DNA of 64,000 bases. It comes from Nitrospirota bacterium. GTDB taxonomy: Bacteria; Nitrospirota; Nitrospiria; Nitrospirales; Nitrospiraceae. Numbering within the stretch: the stretch's first letter is position 1; each line of letters starts with the position of its first letter. Made by a program: the position numbers and the translations under genes. Below, piece after piece: positions 52,911 to 63,296 of this stretch. The stretch covers positions 27,265 through 91,264 of the forward strand of contig CAVPBK010000010.1 in NCBI GenBank assembly GCA_963701855.1, given 5' to 3'. The notes beneath the pieces were generated by a model. The model did no database searches and was not told the origin of the DNA. It worked only from the letters and a program-made list of their open reading frames with translations.

Positions 52911-54395
52911 TTATTTCTCAGGTCTGAGTTGAGGGAAGAGGATCACGTCGCGGATCGACGCTTGATCGGTAAAGAGCATGATCAGCCGGTCTATTCCGAT
53001 GCCTTCGCCCGCGGTCGGAGGCATACCGTACTCCAAGGCCCGCAGGAAGTCTTCATCGACTAGATGCGCCTCTTCGTCACCCGCCGCACGCTGCGCCGCC
53101 TGCCCTTCGAACCGTTCCCGTTGATCCAGCGGATCGTTCAACTCTGAAAAGGCATTCGCGATTTCCCTGCCTGCAATGTAGAGCTCAAAGCGATCAGTCA
53201 GAGCCGGGTTCGAATCTTTGCGCCGTGCGAGCGGGGAAATTTCAATCGGGTAATCGGTAATGAAGGTAGGTTGAATCAGATTCGGCTCGACCGTTTCCTC
53301 GAAGATCTCGTTCACGATATTGAAGAGCGGCCATTTTAGATCGACTGCAATGTTCAGCTGTTTGGCCGCCGCAATCGCCTTGTCCTTATCCTCGAAGACA
53401 GAAGGATCGAGATTGTTCACCTCCAGAATCGACTGATGATAGGACCAGCGGCGCCATGGAGGCGTGAGTATGATTTCCTTGCCCTGATATTCGATGACCG
53501 TTCTGCCGAAGATCTGATGTGCCAACGAGGAGACGAGTTCTTCCGTGAGGATAATCAGATCCTGATAGTCGGCATAGGCGACGTAGAATTCCAGCATCGT
53601 GAATTCAGGATTATGAATGGTCGAGATGCCTTCATTCCGGAAGTTGCGGTTGATCTCAAAGACGCGAGGAAAGCCGCCGACGATCAGCCGTTTCAAATAG
53701 AGCTCCGGCGCAATGCGGAGATAGAGATCGACGTTGAGTGCATTATGGTGTGTGACAAAGGGTTTTGCCGCTGCGCCTCCTGGAATCGGATGCATCATCG
53801 GCGTTTCGACCTCAAGGAATCCGCGTTCGATCAAAAAGGCGCGAATGCCGGCGATGATTCGGCTGCGCGTGGCAAAGATGCCATGGACTTGAGGGTTGGC
53901 GATCAAGTCGACATAACGCTGCCGATAGCGGGTTTCGACGTCCGTCAACCCGTGCCACTTTTCTGGAAGCGGTCTGAGCGCTTTGCTCAAGAAGGTCAGT
54001 TCTGAGACCTCAACGGTGAACTCATTCGTCTTCGTGCGAAAGAGAATGCCGGTCACGCCGATCCAATCGCCCAGATCCAGCTGTTCCGCGACGCGATAGG
54101 CCTGTTCCGAGAGATAGTCTTTCTTGAGGTAGACTTGAAGCCGGTCGGATCCGTCTTGCAGTACCGCGAAGCCGGCCTTGCCGAATCGCCGCAGGGCCAC
54201 GATACGTCCTGCAAGGGTACAGGATATCGTCTGGTCTTCCAGGACCTCTTTGGTTTTCTCTCCATGGAGTTTGATCAGTTGGCCCGCGCGATCCTTCACT
54301 TCGAATCGCGATCCGTAGGGCGTGACGCCCGCTTCGCGCAGGACTTCGAGCTTTTTGATGCGCTGCTGCTGCTGTTCGTTCAGTTCGTCCATCAC
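52911..54395 (-). CDS. lysS: Lysyl-tRNA synthetase (class II)
   Basis: YRQRYVDL, LRIAPELYLKRL, FRNEG, HNPEFT, GIGIDRL. Confidence 0.97.
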   Translation of the reverse strand: MMDELNEQQQQRIKKLEVLREAGVTPYGSRFEVKDRAGQLIKLHGEKTKEVLEDQTISCTLAGRIVALRRFGKAGFAVLQDGSDRLQVYLKKDYLSEQAYRVAEQLDLGDWIGVTGILFRTKTNEFTVEVSELTFLSKALRPLPEKWHGLTDVETRYRQRYVDLIANPQVHGIFATRSRIIAGIRAFLIERGFLEVETPMMHPIPGGAAAKPFVTHHNALNVDLYLRIAPELYLKRLIVGGFPRVFEINRNFRNEGISTIHNPEFTMLEFYVAYADYQDLIILTEELVSSLAHQIFGRTVIEYQGKEIILTPPWRRWSYHQSILEVNNLDPSVFEDKDKAIAAAKQLNIAVDLKWPLFNIVNEIFEETVEPNLIQPTFITDYPIEISPLARRKDSNPALTDRFELYIAGREIANAFSELNDPLDQRERFEGQAAQRAAGDEEAHLVDEDFLRALEYGMPPTAGEGIGIDRLIMLFTDQASIRDVILFPQLRPEK

Positions 54396-54421
54396 ATGCC
54401 TTTACCGATGTCCCTCTTCGG

Positions 54422-55571
54422 TCAGCTATCGAGTTCGTCCATTTCCGACTGTTGATAACTGAGCGCGGTGGCCCCAAGTTGCTTCATCTTCAAATAGGCC
54501 TCGATGAACCCGTCCAGATCACCGTCCATGACGGCAGCTACCTGGCCCACTTCATAGCCCGTGCGGAGATCTTTGACCATCTGATAGGGCTGGAACACAT
54601 AGGATCGAATTTGGCTGCCCCAGGCAATATCCTTCTTCTCTCCGACGATCGCATTGAATTCCGCCTCCTTCTTTTTCAGCTCCAGTTCATAGAGGCGCGC
54701 CTTCAAGACCTTCATCGCGCCATTGCGATTCTGAAGCTGTGACCGTTCGTTCTGACATTGCACTACGATCCCGGTCGGCAGGTGCGTCATGCGGATGGCC
54801 GTCTCGACCTTATTCACATTCTGGCCGCCGGCGCCGCCGGCCCGAAAGGTATCGATCTTAAGATCTTTGTCTTCGATGACAAGATCGATATCTTCATCTA
54901 CCTCGGGATAGACAAAGACCGAGGCAAAGGAGGTATGTCGCCGCTTGTTTGCGTCGAAGGGTGAAATGCGTACCAGCCGGTGCACGCCTGCTTCCGCCTT
55001 GAGATAGCCGTAGGCATAGGGCCCTGTCACTGACAAGGTCACGCTCTTCACACCAGCTTCTTCTCCCGGGAGCAGGTCCAGCGTTTCGACTTTAAATTTC
55101 TTGCTCTCGGCCCAACGGACATACATGCGGAGCAGCATCTGCGCCCAGTCCTGCGATTCCGTCCCGCCGGCGCCAGGATGGATCGCCAGAATCGCGTTGT
55201 TGGGGTCCAATTCGCCAGAAAGCAGAAGCTCAAGCCGTAGGGCAGCGAGTTTCGCTTCAAATTGATCCAGCTCGGAAGTCAACTCCTTCAGGAGTCCCGC
55301 ATCGCCACTTTCTTCTGCCAATTCAAGTAAGGCGTCCAGATCGTTCCTCTTTCCATCGATATCGCGCCACTGCTGGAGGTCACGCTCAATCGCAGATTTC
55401 TTCCTGCTGATCTTTGCGGCCCTCTGGGCGTGGTTCCAAAAATCTGGCTGCGAAGTCTGTTGTTCGAGATGTGCCAACTCGGCCGTCATGCGGGCGAAGT
55501 CAAAGATGCCCCCGTAGTTCCGTTACCAATTGTTCGACAGCCCGCACACGATTCTTTACCTCATCCAACAT
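54422..55571 (-). CDS. prfB: Peptide chain release factor 2 with programmed +1 frameshift
   Basis: [23 protein letters not shown] then CTT TGA C (55505-55499); SPF and GGQ motifs in the shifted frame. Confidence 0.95.
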
Positions 55572-55588
55572 GCGACGATCCTTTCTGG

Positions 55589-57214
55589 TTATATCGGCAC
55601 TGCATCGGGCTCAGATTCCTTGGTGCGGAACATGCCTAACAGGAACAAAAGCGCGCAGATTATAGCACAGCCGTAGGCAAACACATCGCCGTACCGGCTG
55701 TAAAACGTATGTGGACGCCAGACCTGCATCGTCGCCTTGATGGCTTGCTCCGTGAAGACCGGGGTCGCCTCAACGATGCGCCCGAACGGATCGATGAACC
55801 CGGAAATGCCGGTATTCGCTGAGCGGGCAAAGGCTAAATGATTCTCGACGGAACGAAACACCACCATTGAAAAATGTTGTGAGGCAGCTGACGAGTGCCC
55901 AAACCAGGCATCGTTTGTCACGGTCACCAGGAACTCGGCGCCATTCGCAGCGAATTGTCGCACCAGGTTCGGAAAGATCACTTCGTAGCAGATTGCCACC
56001 CCAAAGCTTATTGGTTTCGGCGTCGTCCCAATATTGCTGGTAGCTGCTGATCGGGGCTTCGGTGTCAACGTCAAGACCGTCGGACCGGTTCCCGCTTCAA
56101 AATCGCCGATCCCTTCAACCATTTTGTCGAGGAAAAACAGGAGTGAAGATTTGAGCGGAATATATTCTCCGAAGGGAACCAGATGATGTTTGTCGTAGCG
56201 TCCCAACAACTGGCCCTCGGGGGAGAGGAGGTAGGCACTATTCAATAGATAGGGCCGCCGATCCGAATAGAAACGTAGGGCGGGGCTTCCAAATAAGATC
56301 GGCGCCTGGGCTCGGTTGGCCAGCGCAATGAGTTGCAGCTGGTAGATCGGTTCACGCTCAAAGACGAATGGTGTTGCCGCCTCCGGCCAAACCACTAAAT
56401 CTGTGGCACGGCCGAGTTGTTCGGTCAGTTGGTCAAAGCGTGCGAGAGTCTGCTCTCGATAGGCGGTATCCCATTTCACTGCCTGATCAATATTCGGCTG
56501 CACCACTCCCACACTGATGGATGATCGGGGAATATCAGAAAAAGGTGTTTCAGATAACGTCGCAAGACCATATTGCCAGGAGAGGGTGACGACCAATGTC
56601 GCCATCGCCGCGAGCTCCCAGGGAAGCCTTGCTGGACGGAAACCCCGGAACAAAGGCATCAACCAGGACAGGGATTCAGCCATTGCGACATTCACCAGCA
56701 CAATAAGGAATGAGACTCCATATACCCCCATGTGATCCGCGATCTGAATGATCTCAATCTGGCGATATTGAGAGTAGCCGAGAAGTCCCCAGGGTAATCC
56801 GCTCAAAGCATATGTCCGTATCAGTTCGAGTGTCACCCATAAGCAGGGAAATGCAAAGAGACCGTAACGAGGAATCAGCGTCCGAAACCACACGGCTCCG
56901 GCAGAATAGAGACCGACATAGAGGCCAAGATAGGCCGTAAGCAGCAACATGAGGCCGTAGCTGATCGCCAGCGGAACCTTGCCGTAGGTGTTCATGGCGG
57001 TCACCACCCAGGACATCATGCCGGTAAAGGCAATCGTGCCGGACAGCCAGCCGATCCAAAATGCCTGCGCTTTGTTCTTGCCGTCCAACGCCCAATGCAA
57101 CGGCACGAGGGCGATCCAGGCCAATAGTCCTAGATCAGATTTCGGAAAACTCAACGGGAGGAACAGCCCGCTCGCGCCGGCAAGCATGAGTGAACGCGCG
57201 AGGGAATGGGTCAT
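55589..57214 (-). CDS. lnt: Apolipoprotein N-acyltransferase
   Basis: WPEAA, KHHLVPFGEYIP, ICYEVIF, TNDAWFG, SANTGIS. Confidence 0.93.
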   Translation of the reverse strand: MTHSLARSLMLAGASGLFLPLSFPKSDLGLLAWIALVPLHWALDGKNKAQAFWIGWLSGTIAFTGMMSWVVTAMNTYGKVPLAISYGLMLLLTAYLGLYVGLYSAGAVWFRTLIPRYGLFAFPCLWVTLELIRTYALSGLPWGLLGYSQYRQIEIIQIADHMGVYGVSFLIVLVNVAMAESLSWLMPLFRGFRPARLPWELAAMATLVVTLSWQYGLATLSETPFSDIPRSSISVGVVQPNIDQAVKWDTAYREQTLARFDQLTEQLGRATDLVVWPEAATPFVFEREPIYQLQLIALANRAQAPILFGSPALRFYSDRRPYLLNSAYLLSPEGQLLGRYDKHHLVPFGEYIPLKSSLLFFLDKMVEGIGDFEAGTGPTVLTLTPKPRSAATSNIGTTPKPISFGVAICYEVIFPNLVRQFAANGAEFLVTVTNDAWFGHSSAASQHFSMVVFRSVENHLAFARSANTGISGFIDPFGRIVEATPVFTEQAIKATMQVWRPHTFYSRYGDVFAYGCAIICALLFLLGMFRTKESEPDAVPI

Positions 57215-57470
57215 GAACCGCACCTTAGCGAAAGCCAGAGAGGGATGCAACTTTCAGTTCGGTAAGAAGATACTCGCTCGCACCCCGTCATGGACGGGGT
57301 GCGAGATTTGGGGTTGACGGGCACCGATTGAGCACCTATAAGTATGAGCAGTAATCTGGCATTCATATCCGCATATAGTGTTGAGAGTAGCCCAAGATGA
57401 TAGGGCCAGACTATCCTGACCCTGACGAAGCGGCACGATCAATGATCACGACAAACTAGGAGGCGATACC

Positions 57471-58034
57471 ATGAATCGGAAAGTCATCAGCCTGTGTCTA
57501 AGTCTGGGTTTCATGTTTCTGATTGCGGGCTGCGCTAGTAAGAATATTTCCTCCTCGTCCGGCGATCAGTCCAGTAAGGCCAAGACCGAGGCGATCCAGC
57601 CGGATGCGATCAAGACGGTACCACTGGAGCGTTCGTTCGACCGGCCATCCGGCAGCACACCCGCTAACCGCGCAATTGAGCCGGGCGTAGCGTCGTCCGA
57701 CACTAACGCATTGAGCGACGTATTTTTCGATTATGACCGGTTTCAAATCCGCAAGGATGCCATGTCGCTATTGGATGCCAATGCCGGATGGCTTCGCGCC
57801 AGTGGGAGCAAGACTGTGCTGATCGAAGGCCATTGCGATGAGCGAGGCACAGTGGCGTACAATCTCGTCCTGGGCGAGAAACGGGCTCGTGCCGCCAAGC
57901 AATACCTCCAGGATTTAGGCGTTCCGGCTTCGCAGCTCCAGACTACGAGCTATGGAGAAACAAGGCCCTTCTGCAAGCAGCAGAACGAGGACTGTTATCA
58001 ACAGAATCGGCGGGCGCATTTCGTTGCCAAATAA
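57471..58034 (+). CDS. pal: Peptidoglycan-associated lipoprotein
   Basis: IAGC lipobox; FFDYD, EGHCDERG..YNLVLGEKRA, SYGE, NRRA. Confidence 0.88.
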   Translation: MNRKVISLCLSLGFMFLIAGCASKNISSSSGDQSSKAKTEAIQPDAIKTVPLERSFDRPSGSTPANRAIEPGVASSDTNALSDVFFDYDRFQIRKDAMSLLDANAGWLRASGSKTVLIEGHCDERGTVAYNLVLGEKRARAAKQYLQDLGVPASQLQTTSYGETRPFCKQQNEDCYQQNRRAHFVAK

Positions 58035-58095
58035 TCGTGAGTTCGATCAGACGATCTTGTCGCAGAAACCAAACATCAATTAGGAGGGAGCCCCT

Positions 58096-58719
58096 GTGAA
58101 CTACTACCAATTCCTCGGTATCGGGCTTCTGGGAGTTTGCCTGGCCGCAGGCTGTGCAGGAAAAGGTGAGCGCATCGATCTGAATGTCCCCGTAGCAAGC
58201 GTGGCAGGCGAGAAGGCCGTAGCGATGAGTTCCCCGACCGTTGCGATTCAGCCGTTTGAAGACCGTCGCACCGACCGATCTCACCTCGGCATCCGGCACC
58301 ATCTATGGGGCGGCGAGAGTCATTTCAGCCTCTCCAGCGGTACCCTTAGCGAGGCCACGGCAGAGGCCTTCGCTGACTATCTCAAAGGGAAAGGTTGGAA
58401 CGCGACCGTTGCCAAGGGCAACAGGACAACCGGGGCAGACATGACCATCACCGGTACACTTATCGATGTCGGCGTGGATGCCAAAAGCGGCATCGGCCAG
58501 ACCACTCTTCACGCCAAAAGCCGGATGGCAATCGAAGTGCAGAATCATGCCGATGGCAGTCAAGTTCGTGAGACCCTCACCAGTACTGGAACCAACCAGG
58601 TTTTCTGGTTCGACCCAGAGGATGCCCAGGAGTTGCTCAACGAACTCTACAACAAAAATTTCGAGAAGTTCGTGGCCGACACGAAGATTGACGGTACGAT
58701 CCTCAAGCTCAGGAAATAG
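58096..58719 (+). CDS. Hypothetical lipoprotein (YajG-like)
   Basis: SD AGGAGG; LAAGC lipobox; VAIQPFEDRR. Confidence 0.7.
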   Translation: MNYYQFLGIGLLGVCLAAGCAGKGERIDLNVPVASVAGEKAVAMSSPTVAIQPFEDRRTDRSHLGIRHHLWGGESHFSLSSGTLSEATAEAFADYLKGKGWNATVAKGNRTTGADMTITGTLIDVGVDAKSGIGQTTLHAKSRMAIEVQNHADGSQVRETLTSTGTNQVFWFDPEDAQELLNELYNKNFEKFVADTKIDGTILKLRK

Positions 58720-58815
58720 AGTGCTCCGTCACGGCCTGGAGAGCGCTGTGATGGCGAGATATGGCTTCTCTGCATCGCTCCTGAATCGAATACGAAATAG
58801 GAGCGTGGGGATAAC

Positions 58816-59145
58816 ATGGAGCGACGGCAACATCGGCGCGTGCCGGCACAGCTGCAGGGATTCCTGTTGGGAAACTCGCATGAGATCGAAGCGGTTACCC
58901 TGGACCTCTCAGTCGGTGGCGCGAGGTTCGACTGCGACCTAGAAGTTTACCCCGGCAAGGTGATCCGTGTGCGACTGGTGATTCCCGGTGCGGAGGAACC
59001 GGTCTCGATTGAAGAAGGGCTGGTGCAGTGGGTGGGAGAGGAGACATTCGGGGTCTCATTTCAGAATGTCCGACAAGCCGAGCTCGATGAACTCGAACAG
59101 CTCATCAACGAGTTTGAAGAAGCCGAAGACGGGGGTCATGCATAG
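58816..59145 (+). CDS. Single-domain PilZ protein
   Basis: RQHRR and DLSVGG motifs. Confidence 0.88.
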   Translation: MERRQHRRVPAQLQGFLLGNSHEIEAVTLDLSVGGARFDCDLEVYPGKVIRVRLVIPGAEEPVSIEEGLVQWVGEETFGVSFQNVRQAELDELEQLINEFEEAEDGGHA

Positions 59146-59156
59146 TGAGTCAATCC

Positions 59157-59185
59157 TTGACTCGTTCGCATCGGAAGAATATCGT
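59157..59185 (+). promoter_or_regulatory. Sigma70-type promoter of the 6S-like RNA
   Basis: TTGACT-N17-TATCGT ending 6 nt before the RNA stem. Confidence 0.6.
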
Positions 59186-59191
59186 ATCCCT

Positions 59192-59343
59192 GTGGGAGGA
59201 GCTTAACGCCCCGAGGGAATATGGTTCATAAGGGGGTCGAGCGTCGGGATGGTGTGCAAGCCCAGCTTGACTGGGAAGCCTAAAGTCCCGCCAAGATCTC
59301 CGTCGTACCTATGCTGTCCTCGGTAGGTGCGCGCTCCTCCCAC
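59192..59343 (+). ncRNA. ssrS: 6S-like RNA
   Basis: Closing stem GTGGGAGGAGC/GCTCCTCCCAC, further pairing CCGAGG/CCTCGG, central bubble, apical GGTGTGCAAGCCCAG..CTGGGAAGCCTAAA resembling the proteobacterial 6S apical segment. Confidence 0.7.
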
Positions 59344-59540
59344 CCTAACTTCCCTCTTATCCCGGTTGGCGGTTTTTCCCCATTCACCACCCCGCCATGG
59401 GCCGCAACGCTTCTCTCACCACCGTGAAGAGGTTTGCTGTGTCATTTCACTTGCAAGAGATGGCAGTAAGAGTGTGCTCATGGAAATAATCTTGGTACAG
59501 TGCCTATCTGGTGTCGGCACTTGATTGTTTGAGAGGATGA

Positions 59541-61598
59541 ATGGCCACCCACAAGCCACCTGTATCTGCGCCAAAGTCTGTATCTCTATCGAAGGCACCG
59601 CCTCAAACAGGTGCGTCCAAAAAACCTGACTCTCGTGCAGCCTCGGTAGTGACGGCGGTGGAAATGGGTGCGCGACAGCGCGAGATTTCCGTTTCCGAGT
59701 TCTTCACCAAGAACCGGCATTTACTCGGGTTCGACAACCCGCGCAAAGCCCTGCTGACCTGCGTCAAGGAAGCGGTCGACAACGCTTTGGACGCCTGTGA
59801 GGAAGCCGGAATCCTTCCTGAGGTCACGGTACAGCTGGAGGTCGTGGCTATCGGATCTTCAGCTCTGCTGCCCGCAAGCCAGGCGACACGCTTTCGAGTG
59901 ACGGTGGCAGACAACGGCCCTGGGATCGTCAGACAGCAGATTCCCAGAATCTTCGCAAAACTTTTGTACGGCTCCAAGTTCCATCGCCTGCGCATGAGCC
60001 GCGGCCAGCAGGGGATCGGTATTTCAGCGGCAGGGATGTATGGCCAACTGACGACTGGAAAACCGGTGAAGATTATCTCGCGCATCGGCCCCAAAGCCGC
60101 AGCACATTATTTCGAAGTGCAGATCGATACAAAGAAGAACGAGCCGCTGGTCCATGAGAACAAACAGATCGAGTGGGACCAGCCCCGTGGCACGCAGGTG
60201 GCGATCGAAGTCGAAGGGCGCTACCAGAAAGGCCGCGCGTCGGTGGACGAGTACCTCGATCAGACGTCTATTGCGAATCCGCACGTACGACTCATGTATC
60301 GAACGCCGGAAGGCGAGACAAAGGAATATCCACGGGCCTATCACGAACTGCCTCCCTCGCCGAAGGAAATCAAGCCCCATCCCTACGGCATTGAATTCGG
60401 GATGTTTCTCAAGATGCTCCAGGATGCCAAGAACCAGATCCTTTCGAGCTTTCTGTCGAGCGATTTCTGCCGGGTGACGCCTGCGCTTGCGGATGAGATG
60501 TGCAAGACGGCGAAGATTTCGCCCAAGGCGAAGCCCCGTGACATTCGCGGCGCGATTGCCGAAGCGCTCTATCACACGATTCAAGCGACGAAGATCATGG
60601 CGCCGCCGACCAATTGCCTTTCACCGATCGGCGAAAAGGCGATCCTCTCAGGTCTCTACAGACAGATCAAAGGGGAGTTCTATACCGCAGTGAGCCGGCC
60701 TCCCTCCGTCTATCGCGGCAATCCTTTCATTATCGAAGCAGGGTTGGCCTTCGGAAAAGCGCCTGACAGTGAGGCGAAATCTGAGAAGCCGGCGCAGCCG
60801 CTGGCGGAGGGAGAGCAGGAGGAGGGGGAATCGGAACTGGCGCGCGTGATTCGCTACGCCAATCGGGTTCCATTGCTGTACCAACAATCCGCTTGTGCGA
60901 TCTTCAAGGCGGTGCTTGCCACAACCTGGCGCAATTATGGAATCAGCCAATCACGCGGGGCTCTGCCGGCAGGGCCGATGGTCATCTTCGTGCACATCGC
61001 CTCCGTCTGGGTGCCCTTTACGAGTGAGTCCAAAGAAGCGATTGCGGAGTACGACGAGATTCACAAGGAGATTACCCTCGCACTCCGCGAGTGCGGGCGG
61101 CGACTTGGACTCTTTCTGCGCCGACGCGAACGGGCGGCGAGCGAATTCCGGCGGCGCAATATTTTCGAACTCTATATCGAGGAAGTCGTCGAAGCCTGTA
61201 ACCGGTTGAAGGGCGGGAAGCTGCCTGCCGAAAAGCTCAAAGCGCAACTGCAAAAGATTGCGTCCTCGCGAACCGGCGGCATCAAGACAGATGAAACACT
61301 CGGCAAGACCGGCGCAGGACCGGAAGGTCTGCCGCACTCCATCATTGTCACAGCGGAAGGCATTGAAGGGGAGGTTTCACCGGCGACCACCGCTCTCGAT
61401 GAAATAGAAACCGAAGAGAAGCCGATTTCCCCAAAGTCTAGACGGCGACAGACGACAAAGACGCGGTCTGTCAAGAAAGGGTCTGGCAAGGCCGCAGCTA
61501 TCCCATCAACTCCAAAGAAGAGCGCTTCCGCACAGCAACAGCAGGTTGGTGCGGCAGGCAAAGGTCGCAAGGCTCGCCTGACAGGGAAGAAAAAGTAG
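59541..61598 (+). CDS. top6B: DNA topoisomerase VI subunit B
   Basis: ISVSEFF.KN, EAVDNALDA, DNGPGI, LLYGSKF, SRGQQGIG, RYANRVPLLY, VPFTSESKE. Confidence 0.93.
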   Translation: MATHKPPVSAPKSVSLSKAPPQTGASKKPDSRAASVVTAVEMGARQREISVSEFFTKNRHLLGFDNPRKALLTCVKEAVDNALDACEEAGILPEVTVQLEVVAIGSSALLPASQATRFRVTVADNGPGIVRQQIPRIFAKLLYGSKFHRLRMSRGQQGIGISAAGMYGQLTTGKPVKIISRIGPKAAAHYFEVQIDTKKNEPLVHENKQIEWDQPRGTQVAIEVEGRYQKGRASVDEYLDQTSIANPHVRLMYRTPEGETKEYPRAYHELPPSPKEIKPHPYGIEFGMFLKMLQDAKNQILSSFLSSDFCRVTPALADEMCKTAKISPKAKPRDIRGAIAEALYHTIQATKIMAPPTNCLSPIGEKAILSGLYRQIKGEFYTAVSRPPSVYRGNPFIIEAGLAFGKAPDSEAKSEKPAQPLAEGEQEEGESELARVIRYANRVPLLYQQSACAIFKAVLATTWRNYGISQSRGALPAGPMVIFVHIASVWVPFTSESKEAIAEYDEIHKEITLALRECGRRLGLFLRRRERAASEFRRRNIFELYIEEVVEACNRLKGGKLPAEKLKAQLQKIASSRTGGIKTDETLGKTGAGPEGLPHSIIVTAEGIEGEVSPATTALDEIETEEKPISPKSRRRQTTKTRSVKKGSGKAAAIPSTPKKSASAQQQQVGAAGKGRKARLTGKKK

Positions 61599-61606
61599 GA
61601 CGACGC

Positions 61607-62713
61607 ATGGCCAAAACGAAGATAACGAAGAATGGGGCGGTCGAGAAGAAATTGATCGGGCTGGCCGATCTGGTGATCACAGCTGCGCAGCGGGCAAAAG
61701 ATCCGACGATGGCGATTCCGATTCGTGCCCTTTCCAATGTGACATTCAACGAGCGCAAGGGCCTGCTTGAGATGGGGAGTAAGAAACAGGCCCGTTCATT
61801 CTTCAACGTAGGCATGGCCAAGAAATTCATGCAGACCATATTGGTCGCGGATGCACTCTCCGAACTTCAGCGTGCGGAACTGACAACTTCGCTTAGAGAG
61901 ATCTACTACCGGACCAAGCACACCATTCAGGACTCGCACGAGAATACATTCGATACCCAGGACGAATCGGACCCGATTATCGAGGATCTGGAAGTGTCGC
62001 TCGTGGCGCTTCGGGAAGAGTTGCATGTGCGTGCGGAGAACGGGGGGAGTGTGGTTGGTCCGCTCGTGCTTGGTGACGATGGCGATCGCGTGGATTGCGC
62101 GAAGTTGGGGAAAGGCGGTTACTCGGTCCCGTCGATTGTCGAGCCGGAGTATGTGGAGATCCGCCGCTGCACGGCGGACTTTGTGCTCCTGGTGGAGAAA
62201 GGCACGCAGTGGAACCGCCTCTCGGAGGACAAATTCTGGCGTCGCTATAACTGTGTGCTGCTGACGGGGAATGGACAGCCACCCCGTGGGGTTCGCCGCT
62301 TAGCTCGGCGGCTGCACGAAGAATATAAGCTCCCGGTCTATGTCCTGGTCGATAACGACCCCTGGGGGTACTATATCTATTCCGTCATCAAGCAAGGCTC
62401 GATCAATCTGGCCTTCGAGAGCCAGCGCATGGCAATTCCCAAGGCCAAGTTCATCGGTCTTTCCAGCGCCGACCCTGAACGGTACGAACTTCCGCGTAAC
62501 GTCGGAATCAAGTTGAATGAGAAAGACATCGCCCGCGCGAAAGAGCTTCTCAACTATCAGTGGTTCCAGAAGCCGGCCTGGCAGGCGGAAATCAAGCGGA
62601 TGCTTGCGAGTGGACTCAAGTACGAACTGGACGCCCTCGCCAACAAAGACTTCCAGTACCTTACGAAAAAATACCTTCCACGGAAACTGAAAGAGAAGGA
62701 TTGGCTGGATTAA
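61607..62713 (+). CDS. top6A: DNA topoisomerase VI subunit A (Spo11-like)
   Basis: SLREIYY (catalytic Tyr), TOPRIM VEK..GNGQP..DNDPWG, KYELDAL. Confidence 0.93.
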   Translation: MAKTKITKNGAVEKKLIGLADLVITAAQRAKDPTMAIPIRALSNVTFNERKGLLEMGSKKQARSFFNVGMAKKFMQTILVADALSELQRAELTTSLREIYYRTKHTIQDSHENTFDTQDESDPIIEDLEVSLVALREELHVRAENGGSVVGPLVLGDDGDRVDCAKLGKGGYSVPSIVEPEYVEIRRCTADFVLLVEKGTQWNRLSEDKFWRRYNCVLLTGNGQPPRGVRRLARRLHEEYKLPVYVLVDNDPWGYYIYSVIKQGSINLAFESQRMAIPKAKFIGLSSADPERYELPRNVGIKLNEKDIARAKELLNYQWFQKPAWQAEIKRMLASGLKYELDALANKDFQYLTKKYLPRKLKEKDWLD

Positions 62714-62753
62714 GCAGGCCACCCCTCTTCCATCGCACCATTCCCGACAACCG

Positions 62754-62975
62754 CTAGTGTTCAGGTAACATCAGATAGAGCCCGATCGCAATGATCGGCG
62801 CCATGACATACATCGCCTTCTTCCCGAAGCTATCATAGACGCCATAGATCAGGATGGCGCCCATGAAGGTGAAGTAGAGCGATCCGATTCCTCGATACCC
62901 CCCATGTTCTTCCGCCAGGGCAAGCGCGGGCGATCCCAGGATCAGTATGGTCAAAAAAGCTGCTAATCGTTTCAT
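62754..62975 (-). CDS. Small membrane protein
   Basis: SD AGGAGG; signal-like helix plus two hydrophobic segments. Confidence 0.7.
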   Translation of the reverse strand: MKRLAAFLTILILGSPALALAEEHGGYRGIGSLYFTFMGAILIYGVYDSFGKKAMYVMAPIIAIGLYLMLPEH

Positions 62976-63296
62976 TTCAGCCTCCTTCTAGTGTGATGGT
63001 AAGTCCGTACCGCGGCAGAGACAACAACGCCCTCATGGCGCAGTCTGCCAAGAGGGCGCGATTCAATTCTTGAACGATTCTGTGTGGCCGGATTGGAGAA
63101 ACTAGCAAGGGGTCACCGTACACCTTTGTGTCGTGTGGATAAGTGCACCCATGCTGCGCCTTCTCATAGCAGGAAGTCAAACCAGCGTCAGAGGGGGTAA
63201 GGGGCAAGTCGCGATAGGCGTGAAGGGTTAGGGTGACCCTCCCCTGATTTCATAGACACCTCCATAAGTGGGAGAATCATGAAATTGGAGGTCAGC

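Noticed and set aside
63134..63142. Single DnaA box TGTGGATAA
   Set aside because: An isolated 9-mer with no supporting context.
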